From the sequence record OR544955: a DNA stretch of 64,000 bases; one strand, given 5' to 3'. The translations under genes were made by a program, and so were the position numbers. Shown here in pieces: positions 48,644 to 57,408 of this stretch; position 1 is the stretch's first letter, and each line of letters begins with the position of its first letter. The notes beneath the pieces are model-generated. The model did no database searches. It was not told the DNA's origin and worked only from the letters and a program-made list of their open reading frames with translations. Source of the DNA: Escherichia phage vB_EcoP_EP32B.

Positions 48644-49591
48644 ATGTACAATATCAAATGCTTGTCCCAAGAAGAACAGTTAGAAGCTTACGGCCTTGTT
48701 GAATCAGGCAAATGGACTCGTAAAGAAATTGCCGATTACTTCGACATTTCAACAGATACTCTTCGTAAGATTGTTAAGAATTTTAAAGCAGAAGGCGTTG
48801 TCCCTGAAGCAAACGATGCCTCTTATGTAATCGAAGAAGTTCCAGAAAATGATGAACCTATTATCGGCGGACATCGTCCTGAAATCGTATGGAACGCGTC
48901 ATCTAAATTTATTTCAATTATTGAAGGACGCGTAGCATACAATGCGACCCCATCAAGTCATGCAAATTTTGAAGAAATTAAAGCTAATTTGGTCGCAGGA
49001 AACCTTAGTAAAGCTGTCGAACTTATTAACATCAAGAAAGCTATTAGTAAGTTTGTTGATGGTAATGTTACTATTGAAGGTGGTAGTTTATTTTATCAAG
49101 GTATAGAAATTCGTTCAGGACTGGTTAACCGTATTATTGATTCCATGGAAAAAGGTGAAGACTTTAAATTCTATCTGCCGTTCCTTGAAAACCTGTTAGA
49201 AAACCCAAGCGAAAAAGCTGTACAACGTTTATTCGACTTCTTGGTTGCAAATGATATTGAAATCACTGAAGATGGGTATTTCTATGCGTGGAAAGTAGTT
49301 CGTAAGGACTATTTAGACTGCTATAGTGGTACATTTGATAACTCCCCAGGTAAAGTTGTTTCAATGCCTCGTACTCGTGTTAACGATGATGATACGCAAA
49401 CCTGTTCTCGCGGTCTCCACGTTTGTGCTAAATCTTATATTCGCCACTTTGGTTCAAGCTCAGATAAAGTTGTTAAGGTTAAAGTTCATCCACGTGATGT
49501 TGTGTCCATCCCAGTTGACTATGGTGATGCTAAGATGCGTACTTGTCGTTATGAAGTAATTTCAGACGTTACTGAATTATTTGCAGAATAA
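48644..49591 (+). CDS. rIIB: rIIB protein
   Basis: 315 aa; MYNIKCL..; FDFLVANDIEITEDGYFYAWKVVR as recalled for T4 rIIB. Confidence 0.9.
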   Translation: MYNIKCLSQEEQLEAYGLVESGKWTRKEIADYFDISTDTLRKIVKNFKAEGVVPEANDASYVIEEVPENDEPIIGGHRPEIVWNASSKFISIIEGRVAYNATPSSHANFEEIKANLVAGNLSKAVELINIKKAISKFVDGNVTIEGGSLFYQGIEIRSGLVNRIIDSMEKGEDFKFYLPFLENLLENPSEKAVQRLFDFLVANDIEITEDGYFYAWKVVRKDYLDCYSGTFDNSPGKVVSMPRTRVNDDDTQTCSRGLHVCAKSYIRHFGSSSDKVVKVKVHPRDVVSIPVDYGDAKMRTCRYEVISDVTELFAE

Positions 49592-49596
49592 TAATT

Positions 49597-49618
49597 GGGG
49601 ACTTCGGTCCCCTTTTTT
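49597..49618 (+). terminator. UUCG-tetraloop hairpin plus T6 run
   Basis: GGGGAC TTCG GTCCCC TTTTTT. Confidence 0.8.
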
Positions 49619-49632
49619 CTTTAGGGGTAATT

Positions 49633-49920
49633 ATGATTCATCCATTTGACGTATCAGAATCCAAAATTGCTAATCTTCGTGGTCATCATAAGTGTAAATC
49701 AGTTTATTGTGCTAAATTGGTAAAACATCCTGGCGATGCACACTACGGCTGGTTAGAATGCGACGAAGTTGTTATTGAAATTCCGCCGGTAGATGCAGAA
49801 TATCTTGAAGAAGGTGACCGCATTTATTTTGGCGAACTACACATCAGAGGTATCTATGGTAAAGACGAACTTGGGACTGTTGAGACTGAAGAATCTTCCG
49901 ACATTTATCCTGTCGAATGA
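49633..49920 (+). CDS. hypothetical protein
   Basis: 95-aa ORF. Confidence 0.5.
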   Translation: MIHPFDVSESKIANLRGHHKCKSVYCAKLVKHPGDAHYGWLECDEVVIEIPPVDAEYLEEGDRIYFGELHIRGIYGKDELGTVETEESSDIYPVE

Positions 49921-49935
49921 GTTTTTGACTAGTGA

Positions 49936-50399
49936 AATGAAGGTTAAGATCGCTGATACTGCTCGGTACTCGTTGACAAATAAAAGAAGACGTTGTTCGA
50001 CGTTGTAAGGTTGCAATCTTTGCAGAGTATGTAGTAGCAAATTGGCTAGATGGATATGTTAATAAAGGTAATGAAGACGTAGAAGACCCGTACACGTATG
50101 CATGGGACGTTTTAGCTCATCCTAAGTACTGTGGTCTACGCGTAGAAGTAAAGACCCATCAGATGGATTCGAAATGGATTTCGGTTACCACAGGATACAG
50201 TGGTGATTATCCGGGTGGTAATGGAATCAATATAGGGCCCTTCTTGAACCATCGAGTCGCAGATTGCATTATTATATTAGATGTCAAAGAAACCTCACCT
50301 GACGTCTTCTCTTATTCTATAAAGTTCGTGGGAGACCATGAAGACCTAAAGAAAATCGTCCGTAAGAGCAACTACAACGGGTGGTATCTTCATCTTTAA
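49936..50399 (+). pseudogene. interrupted ORF: 23-codon start segment (49936-50007) plus start-less open frame 49977-50399 (possible DenB-position nuclease)
   Basis: 62 codons of open frame with no ATG/GTG/TTG before M at 50163. Confidence 0.4.
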
Positions 50400-50411
50400 T
50401 TTCATAAAGGT

Positions 50412-50447
50412 GTTTACAACTAAGTAGGACTATGATATAGTAGTCCT
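50412..50447 (+). promoter_or_regulatory. early promoter with AGGACTA/TAGTCCT inverted repeat
   Basis: -35 GTTTACA, -10 TATGAT. Confidence 0.5.
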
Positions 50448-50467
50448 ATCTAAAAGAGGATAACATC

Positions 50468-50731
50468 ATGAAATTTAAATTTTTCTACGCAAAACATAAA
50501 GTAACAGGTGAGTTTGTTTCAATGTACAACACCGCAGATGACGAAGGGATGATTTATACCCATTTAGGTCTATCTCACTGGGACTCGGACGTGCCTTATA
50601 TGTCATCTGAAGCCGAAATAACTCGTTTAGTTAACGGACATATGAACGACCATTTTGGTGTTATTCTTTCTAAAGACCTTAAAGAGGTTATCAACAAAGG
50701 ATATATGGAACTCGCGGAAGTTGAGATATGA
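50468..50731 (+). CDS. hypothetical protein
   Basis: 87-aa ORF, RBS AAGAGGA. Confidence 0.5.
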   Translation: MKFKFFYAKHKVTGEFVSMYNTADDEGMIYTHLGLSHWDSDVPYMSSEAEITRLVNGHMNDHFGVILSKDLKEVINKGYMELAEVEI

Positions 50732-50981
50732 GCTCTAAAATGTGGATCGGAATATGGTTGCTTAGTATCCCAATGATTTGTATAATATTTTCAATTGTGT
50801 TGAGGTACTTATGAAAAATGCACTTCTTATTGTACTAAGAACAATTTGCGATACAGGTTTTTACATCGCATGTTCGTTCACTGGAACATGGTTGGCTTTA
50901 ACATATTTTAATGTAATTTAATTGTTTACATCAAGGTAGGATTATGGTATAGTAGTCCTATCGAAACACGAGGAATACAAA

Positions 50982-51182
50982 ATGGCTAAGCTTTTTAAAG
51001 ATGTTGAAATTGGTGAAAAATTTGTCCTGAATAATGGTCAGCAGCTTATTCGTGTAGCTTCTATCGCCGGACAAACTCATAACTGTATCGCCCCAACGTG
51101 TTGGACTCGATTTTTTATTGAAGATGACACTGAATGTTTAACTGTTGAAGAGCTTTTTGAACGTTCTGATATAGCCGAATAA
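50982..51182 (+). CDS. hypothetical protein
   Basis: 66 aa, RBS GAGGAATAC. Confidence 0.45.
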   Translation: MAKLFKDVEIGEKFVLNNGQQLIRVASIAGQTHNCIAPTCWTRFFIEDDTECLTVEELFERSDIAE

Positions 51183-51185
51183 AAT

Positions 51186-51216
51186 TGTACAAACTCTTGA
51201 GAGCAGAGTATAATGC
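51186..51216 (+). promoter_or_regulatory. early promoter, near-identical copy of 7328-7358
   Basis: TTGTACAAACTCTTGAGAGCAGAGTATAATGC. Confidence 0.6.
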
Positions 51217-51258
51217 TCTCATGGATTACAAAAACATTAATCAATTGAGGAAATTAGC

Positions 51259-51705
51259 ATGTCCAAATATTTAACTCGTAAAGACCTTCTGGCAGTTGGC
51301 GGTGAAGTTGTTGCAGTAGTTCGTAATGGCGAATATGGTTCTGAAGTTTCTAAAGAGTTTCGTTCTCGTGAAGGTTTTTACTTCTTTGTTAAAGGTTCAT
51401 CAGATTGGCGACAAGTAGCAGCACGGTTCTTTGTAGGACGTCAACGTTCTAAACAAGGGTTGGATGCAATTCTTTCTCACATTCGTCAAGGCCGTTCGCA
51501 ACTGGCTCGTACCATGGGCACTAACAATATTGAATATGATGTAATCTTTGTTGCAGCTAAGAACATGAAACCACTGACTACTGGTTACGGTAAAGGTCAA
51601 TTGGCTCTGGCATTCACTCGCAACCATACATCAGAATATCAAACACTCACTGAAATGAACCGTCTTCTGGCTGATAACTTCAAATTCATTCTGCAGAGTT
51701 ATTAA
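51259..51705 (+). CDS. ndd: nucleoid disruption protein Ndd
   Basis: 148 aa; ..[56 protein letters not shown] as recalled for T4 Ndd. Confidence 0.75.
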   Translation: MSKYLTRKDLLAVGGEVVAVVRNGEYGSEVSKEFRSREGFYFFVKGSSDWRQVAARFFVGRQRSKQGLDAILSHIRQGRSQLARTMGTNNIEYDVIFVAAKNMKPLTTGYGKGQLALAFTRNHTSEYQTLTEMNRLLADNFKFILQSY

Positions 51706-51758
51706 TTTATACGGGGCCTATTAAGTTGGGCCTTTAATTTATTTTTGAGGTAATTAAA

Positions 51759-51905
51759 ATGGTAGCATGGATTATTGCATTGCTGTGTTGGTCGTTTTTA
51801 TTCGTTAACACTTTAGTTACAGGCGAAACAACAGTATTTCAACAGGCCGTATCACAAGGTACCTTAGCGGTCTTAGCTCTTCTTAACGTGTTAAAAGGCG
51901 AGTAA
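51759..51905 (+). CDS. small membrane protein (48 aa)
   Basis: RBS GAGG; hydrophobic. Confidence 0.35.
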   Translation: MVAWIIALLCWSFLFVNTLVTGETTVFQQAVSQGTLAVLALLNVLKGE

Positions 51906-52045
51906 TGATTAAGAAAATCTTAGCAGGAGCCTTCGGGCTCTTGTTGCTGCTTACGGTTCTGTACTATGGTGTGATGTTTGGACTAATCCAAGTAGTGCTT
52001 TTCATTTCAGATGTTATAATGGTTATTCGTTCATTAATATGGTGA
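51905..52045 (+). CDS. small membrane protein (46 aa)
   Basis: TAATG coupling. Confidence 0.35.
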   Translation: MIKKILAGAFGLLLLLTVLYYGVMFGLIQVVLFISDVIMVIRSLIW

Positions 52046-52049
52046 AAAT

Positions 52050-53375
52050 ATGCAATTGAATTCTCGTAATCTAAAAAGTATTATTGATAACGAAGCCTTA
52101 GCATATGCGATGTACACCGTTGAAAACCGTGCAATCCCAAACATGATTGATGGATTTAAGCCGGTTCAACGTTTTGTGGTTCATCGTGCGTTAGATTTGG
52201 CTCGTGGTAATAAAGAAAAATTTCATAAACTTGCGTCAATTGCAGGAGGTGTTGCAGATTTAGGTTATCACCATGGTGAATCTTCTGCACAAGATGCAGG
52301 TGCATTGATGGCTAACACGTGGAACAACAACTATCCACTGTTAGATGGCCAAGGCAACTTTGGTTCTAGAACAGTCCAAAAAGCTGCAGCATCTCGTTAT
52401 ATTTTTGCTCGTGTAAGTAAAAATTTCTATAACGTATATAAAGATACTGAATATGCTCCAGCTCATGAAGATAAAGAACACATTCCACCAAAATTCTATC
52501 TTCCTATTATTCCGACAGTTCTTTTGAATGGTGTTTCTGGTATTGCAACCGGTTACGCAACAAATATTCTGCCTCATAGTTTTAAATCGGTAAAAAAGGC
52601 TGTATTACAAGCTCTTCAAGGTAAAAATGTCACTAAGCCAAAAGTTGAATTCCCGGAATTCCGTGGTGAAGTACATGAAGTTGATGGGCGTTATGAGATT
52701 CACGGAACATATAAGTTCACATCTCGTACTCAAATGCAGATAACTGAAATCCCATATAAATTCGACCGTGAAACGTATGTGAGTAAGGTTCTTGACCCGT
52801 TGGAAGACAAAGGTCTAATCTCATGGGAAGATGATTGCGGTGAACACGGCTTTGGGTTTAAGGTGAAGTTCCGTAAAGAGTACTCGCTTCCTGATGATGA
52901 AGAGCTACGTCATGAAAAAATCATGAAAGATTTTAGTCTCATCGAACGTCGTTCACAAAACATCACAGTGATTAATGAAAAGGGTAAATTAGCTGTCTAC
53001 GATAACGTAGTGGACTTAATCAAAGATTTTGTTGAAGTCCGTAAGACTTACGTTCAGAAACGTATTGACAACAAAATCCTTGAATCTGAAAAAGCATTTA
53101 AACTTGCTTTTGCTAAGGCACACTTCATCAAAAAAGTTATCAGTGGTGAAATTGTGATTCAGGGCAAGACTCGTAAAGCTTTGACTGAAGAGCTAGCACA
53201 AATCGAAATGTATAAAGAACATGTCGATAAACTGGTATGTCTTAACATCTTCCATATCACTTCCGACGAAGCACGTAAACTAGCAGAAGAAGCTAAAGCT
53301 AAGAAAGAAGAAAATGAGTATTGGAAGTCTACTGATGTTGTGACAGAGTACACTAAAGACTTGGAGGCACTTTGA
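52050..53375 (+). CDS. 52: DNA topoisomerase II medium subunit gp52 (GyrA-like)
   Basis: 441 aa; ..AIPNMIDGFKPVQRF.. and active-site Tyr region. Confidence 0.95.
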   Translation: MQLNSRNLKSIIDNEALAYAMYTVENRAIPNMIDGFKPVQRFVVHRALDLARGNKEKFHKLASIAGGVADLGYHHGESSAQDAGALMANTWNNNYPLLDGQGNFGSRTVQKAAASRYIFARVSKNFYNVYKDTEYAPAHEDKEHIPPKFYLPIIPTVLLNGVSGIATGYATNILPHSFKSVKKAVLQALQGKNVTKPKVEFPEFRGEVHEVDGRYEIHGTYKFTSRTQMQITEIPYKFDRETYVSKVLDPLEDKGLISWEDDCGEHGFGFKVKFRKEYSLPDDEELRHEKIMKDFSLIERRSQNITVINEKGKLAVYDNVVDLIKDFVEVRKTYVQKRIDNKILESEKAFKLAFAKAHFIKKVISGEIVIQGKTRKALTEELAQIEMYKEHVDKLVCLNIFHITSDEARKLAEEAKAKKEENEYWKSTDVVTEYTKDLEAL

Positions 53376-53450
53376 GTGCCCTAGCCTTAGGATTTCTCGG
53401 TGCAATAGCTGCACTAGTGATTTGGCTGTATTGGTTGGACAAACATGATT

Positions 53451-53474
53451 AGGGAGCTTCGAAGCTCCCTTTTG
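53451..53474 (+). terminator. perfect palindromic hairpin plus T run
   Basis: AGGGAGCTTCGAAGCTCCCT TTTT. Confidence 0.7.
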
Positions 53475-53494
53475 TGCATTTTTCTCACAAAACA

Positions 53495-53525
53495 GTTTAC
53501 ATGTGCTTCAAACATGATATTATAG
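53495..53525 (+). promoter_or_regulatory. early promoter upstream of motA
   Basis: -35 GTTTACA, -10 GATATT/TATTAT, then conserved ATAGACCTATCAA start region. Confidence 0.55.
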
Positions 53526-53562
53526 ACCTATCAAAACAAAACAACCAAATTGGAGAAATGAA

Positions 53563-54195
53563 ATGTCTAAAGTTACTTACATCATCAAAGCTTCTGAAAA
53601 CGCTCTGAATGAAAAAACTGCTGCAATAATGGTTTATATCATTAAGAACAACTTCACCACTGCTGCCAATGTCCGTGAAGCTCTGGAAGCAGAATACAGT
53701 GCATCAGTTGTTAACTCTAACATTGGTGTATTGATTAAGAAAGGTTTAGTCGAAAAATCCGGTGATGGACTTGTAGCAACAGGCGAAGCAATGGATATTA
53801 TCCAAAAAGCTGCAGACCTCTTTGCCCAAGAAAATGCTCCAGAACTTCTTCAGAAACGTAACACCAGAAAAGCACGTGGAGTTACTCCTGAAATGCATGA
53901 ACTAGCAAACTTTGTTTTTGAAAATATTAAAGATAAAGTTGAAGTTAAAGAAATTGGTGAAAACCGTAGTAACTTAGAAGTTCGATTTGCAAAACGAGTT
54001 CTAGGTATTCGTCAGATCGAAATTCGTCGAGATGGTTCTCTTAGAATCTTTGCATACAACATGTCAGAAACTGAATCAAAGCTGTTTACTTCTCTTGAAA
54101 ATGATGTTAAGATTAAGATCGGTGGTAAATATACTTACATTGACTTCCCTAATGTGTCCAAAGAAATCATTACCCTTGTAACTAACGTACTGTGA
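53563..54195 (+). CDS. motA: middle-transcription activator MotA
   Basis: 210 aa; MSKVTYIIKAS..NSNIGVLIKKGLVEKSGDGL as recalled for T4 MotA. Confidence 0.9.
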   Translation: MSKVTYIIKASENALNEKTAAIMVYIIKNNFTTAANVREALEAEYSASVVNSNIGVLIKKGLVEKSGDGLVATGEAMDIIQKAADLFAQENAPELLQKRNTRKARGVTPEMHELANFVFENIKDKVEVKEIGENRSNLEVRFAKRVLGIRQIEIRRDGSLRIFAYNMSETESKLFTSLENDVKIKIGGKYTYIDFPNVSKEIITLVTNVL

Positions 54196-54205
54196 GGAAT
54201 ACATA

Positions 54206-54535
54206 ATGAATAAGCTGAATATTATTAACGAACTTCGTAAATGTGCAGAACCTACTCAAGAAGGATGGGATATTTGGTACCACGGTGCTTATTTAGGGAC
54301 AATTGTAAAGATTAAAGCAGGCCAATATACGGTTATTCGTGAAAATAATGACGCGCCATTTGGTCTTCGTAAAAACTACATGGCAGCGATCAGTTCGTTT
54401 GTTGATGCAGCTTACGAAATCTATAAAGAAGATTATAAAGAGTATCAGCAGTCACAACCGGTTATTCGTTCGATTGGTGTAAATAAACAAGCACAAAAAT
54501 CTATTTGGCAACGTATTAAGGAATGGTTTAAATGA
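54206..54535 (+). CDS. hypothetical protein
   Basis: 109-aa ORF. Confidence 0.5.
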   Translation: MNKLNIINELRKCAEPTQEGWDIWYHGAYLGTIVKIKAGQYTVIRENNDAPFGLRKNYMAAISSFVDAAYEIYKEDYKEYQQSQPVIRSIGVNKQAQKSIWQRIKEWFK

Positions 54536-54623
54536 AATCATTTAAAGAACGTTTAGAAATGAAGTTCCTGAAATCTGTTGGCAAACTCTGGTTATTCCTG
54601 GAGTTCGTCATTACTCTAAAGAT

Positions 54624-54818
54624 ATGGCTGAAGTACTTGATATAGTTGGTCCTCAATTAGTCTCGCAACAAGTTTGTGGCGATGACCAAGGCTTTATCGA
54701 CCAATACTCTAATTACTGGACTCGTGAAGAAGCAATGATTATTGCAACATATGCTGGACAGGTACGTATTGAACGTGGCGGAAGTGAGAAAGAACTTTAT
54801 TCAGAGGACCTTTATTAA
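54624..54818 (+). CDS. hypothetical protein
   Basis: 64-aa ORF. Confidence 0.4.
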   Translation: MAEVLDIVGPQLVSQQVCGDDQGFIDQYSNYWTREEAMIIATYAGQVRIERGGSEKELYSEDLY

Positions 54819-55099
54819 TGAATATTAAACAACTCCAGAAAGATGCTATTGAATCACGTATCCAAGATATCAAACGCCTGAATGCTATGATGGAAGAAAA
54901 TTATGGTATGTATGCTAATCAGCCTGGTTGGGATGCTTTAGACCATCCTTATTTGGTTAATTTATGTAAAGGTGATACGTTAGCAATTATTCGTGATGGG
55001 TTAAAACCTTTCTTGCGAGACATGTATATTAAAATGAACGAAGAAATTATTAGCTCGTTGCAATATCAATTAAGGAAATTAGATGATGAGAATAATTGA
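54818..55099 (+). CDS. hypothetical protein (Arn-like position)
   Basis: 93-aa ORF between motA and asiA. Confidence 0.4.
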   Translation: MNIKQLQKDAIESRIQDIKRLNAMMEENYGMYANQPGWDALDHPYLVNLCKGDTLAIIRDGLKPFLRDMYIKMNEEIISSLQYQLRKLDDENN

Positions 55100-55310
55100 T
55101 TCTAAAGCAGATTATTTTAATTCTGTTAATGATAAGAATAAAGCTTTAATTCGCCACTTTATTACTAAGATGGGTTATACTGACTCTAAAGATTTGAAAG
55201 AGCACATTATCGAATGTTCTGTGGCTAAAAAGTTTTCTTTCACAGACAAATGTTTAAACGAGGTTATAAATCATTATGAACAATCTTGTAGCAAAACACG
55301 ATTTCAATAA
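55083..55310 (+). CDS. hypothetical protein
   Basis: 75-aa ORF. Confidence 0.4.
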   Translation: MMRIIDSKADYFNSVNDKNKALIRHFITKMGYTDSKDLKEHIIECSVAKKFSFTDKCLNEVINHYEQSCSKTRFQ

Positions 55311-55384
55311 GGCTTCTGTTCATAAGGACAAGAAGAAATCAGAACTTCAATCTAAACGCAAACAAAAACATAAGGGTAAAGACT

Positions 55385-55684
55385 ATGCTTACTAAAATCA
55401 AAGAAAATCCTGCCACTGAACTTGTTATTCGATGTGAAGAACTTGCAGAGCTTTATCAGGTTAACAGAGAAGTGTGTCGTAGTGTTATCGTAGATATGGA
55501 AGATGAAGTCTGTTCTCGTATTCCTTTTAGTGTCGATTTCAATCACATGAAGCCTGGTGAAATCACTATCGTCTTTGGTTCTGACTATACTGAAGAACGG
55601 GCTCTTAATGTCCTAGAATATGAAATGTCATTCTTTGACATACAGGACTACATTGATAGTTATAAGGAACAATATGAGTCATAA
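55385..55684 (+). CDS. hypothetical acidic protein
   Basis: 99-aa ORF. Confidence 0.45.
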   Translation: MLTKIKENPATELVIRCEELAELYQVNREVCRSVIVDMEDEVCSRIPFSVDFNHMKPGEITIVFGSDYTEERALNVLEYEMSFFDIQDYIDSYKEQYES

Positions 55685-55835
55685 TCTTCAGAACGTAGTA
55701 GAGGCCGAACGTGAGCGTGAGGCTTTAGTCTATAATGAACTATTAGCTTTGTTCTTAGCCTTAAACTCGTACGAACAGGAAGACTACACTAATTACGTTA
55801 AAAGCGTAGAAAAAGCCGTTTACAATCAACACTGA
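55674..55835 (+). CDS. hypothetical protein
   Basis: internal ATG of ORF 55620..55835. Confidence 0.35.
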   Translation: MSHNLQNVVEAEREREALVYNELLALFLALNSYEQEDYTNYVKSVEKAVYNQH

Positions 55836-55881
55836 TAATGGTACTATATCCATATCAACTAAGTGGAATGAATAAAACGTT

Positions 55882-56154
55882 ATGAATAAAGACATTGAAA
55901 TCGTACGTGAAATTATTACTATTGCTTCTATTTTGATTAAATTCTCTAGGGAAGATATTGTTGAAGACCGAGCAAGTTTCATCGGATTCTTGAATGAGAT
56001 TGGAATTAAAAAAGATGGTCGGCAGCTAAATCAGAATTCGTTCAGAAAACTAATTACAAATTTAACTGCCGAAGAAAAGAAAACACTGATTAGTGAATTC
56101 AATGAAGGTTTTGAAAATATTTATCGTCATTTAGCGATGTATTCTAACAACTAA
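55882..56154 (+). CDS. asiA: anti-sigma-70 factor AsiA
   Basis: 90 aa; REIIT.ASILIKFSREDIVE.RA.FI.FLNEIG...GR.LNQNSFRK as recalled for T4 AsiA. Confidence 0.9.
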   Translation: MNKDIEIVREIITIASILIKFSREDIVEDRASFIGFLNEIGIKKDGRQLNQNSFRKLITNLTAEEKKTLISEFNEGFENIYRHLAMYSNN

Positions 56155-56814
56155 TTATTTAGCCCTTCCTAGTATTCGGACCGCTTGGTTGCATATAGCC
56201 GCTAAGCGATCTTCCTCAAGTATATTATTCCCCTTATACCAATACATCGTCACAGTTCCAGCATAGATGTTATCCAAATTAAAGTATGGACAACTATACA
56301 TATAAGAAAGTTCGGCAGTCTTAGATTTTGTAGGCAAAAATGCAAATTCTGATTTAGATGAGAAATGACGGCCGCTTAAATGAATTATATATTCATTAGC
56401 CGTTTTATCCACTGGGAATCCGCCAAGGGACTTTTCAGAAATTGTGCTAGGTAGTTTGCCTTCATAAGCTATAAGGTCGACAAAATAATTTAAGTTTTTA
56501 GGTCTGAAAGAATACACAGCACTAAAATCTGCACCAGATGAGATATGAACTATTTGCAGTTGTTCTAGAGCCGCAGATTCAAAACGTAAAGCTCGTTCTT
56601 TTTGGATTATTTCAGTATAAGTATCATACTTAGCTCTTACATAATAATCCAGCAAAATACTTCCTTTGTACCATATTAGTGCCATTAGGAACAAAAGAAT
56701 AATTACCGCCACTCGGGACATTAAAACCTTTCCGGTAGCGTTATCTTTGAAAATACGATCTAGCAACCCAAATAGAATATCACTAAGCGAAAATGATACT
56801 TTTGGTGTTGCCAT
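56155..56814 (-). CDS. t: holin T
   Basis: 219 aa; single N-terminal TM, FSLSDILFG.LDR.FKDNATGKVL; recalled T4 t match. Confidence 0.95.
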   Translation of the reverse strand: MATPKVSFSLSDILFGLLDRIFKDNATGKVLMSRVAVIILLFLMALIWYKGSILLDYYVRAKYDTYTEIIQKERALRFESAALEQLQIVHISSGADFSAVYSFRPKNLNYFVDLIAYEGKLPSTISEKSLGGFPVDKTANEYIIHLSGRHFSSKSEFAFLPTKSKTAELSYMYSCPYFNLDNIYAGTVTMYWYKGNNILEEDRLAAICNQAVRILGRAK

Positions 56815-56823
56815 AATACCTCC

Positions 56824-57375
56824 TTACTTAAAGATATTTATAATCGCTTTGATAATAGATTTGTTTTCAAGGTCAGGGAATTTAGGGAATTCGCCGCCAA
56901 GATGTTCATGTTTTTCTAAAAGGGCAAAGAATTTTTTGAGCTCTTTAAATTTTCGTTTTTCTTCTCTATTAGCAACCTCTGCGTCAATAAGAGAACTTAA
57001 AACACTGAATAATTTATAGAGTTCATGAATTTTCTTATCACGTTGAACTACACGTTTATATGCTTCATCTTCCTTCCACCCGTCGTCGGTCCAAAGGTCA
57101 AATTCACCAGGTTCTTCTGTAGTAACATTTTGAAGAGCACCTGGAGTGTCAATAACAATTTTTTGCTTATCATATGTCCATACTGTTTTTCCACGATGGT
57201 CTTCAACATATACCCATTCTTGTTCGCGTTCATCAAATACAACAGCATAGCCTTCTTTAGGGTCTAAAGGTTTTTTTGGTGTCGAATGAGCCGGAAATCC
57301 TACGCCTTTTAATGGTTTATAATTTTCTTCTTTGTAAAATTCTTTAGTGTCAAAATAATAGTGATAGAGTTTCAT
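56824..57375 (-). CDS. 38: tail fiber assembly/adhesin protein gp38 (T4 type)
   Basis: 183 aa; MKLYHYYFDTKEFYKEENYKP..FALLEKHEHLGGEFP. Confidence 0.9.
   Translation of the reverse strand: MKLYHYYFDTKEFYKEENYKPLKGVGFPAHSTPKKPLDPKEGYAVVFDEREQEWVYVEDHRGKTVWTYDKQKIVIDTPGALQNVTTEEPGEFDLWTDDGWKEDEAYKRVVQRDKKIHELYKLFSVLSSLIDAEVANREEKRKFKELKKFFALLEKHEHLGGEFPKFPDLENKSIIKAIINIFK
56835..56842 (-). promoter_or_regulatory. late promoter TATAAATA for t (inside 3-prime end of gene 38)
   Basis: + strand TATTTATA about 20 nt upstream of t start. Confidence 0.6.
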
Positions 57376-57408
57376 ATTATAAAAAAGGGACCGAAGTCCC
57401 TTCTCCTT
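57376..57408 (-). promoter_or_regulatory. gene 38 translation initiation region: SD separated from AUG by a UUCG hairpin
   Basis: mRNA UAAGGAGAA GGGACUUCGGUCCC UUUUUUAUAAU AUG. Confidence 0.65.
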
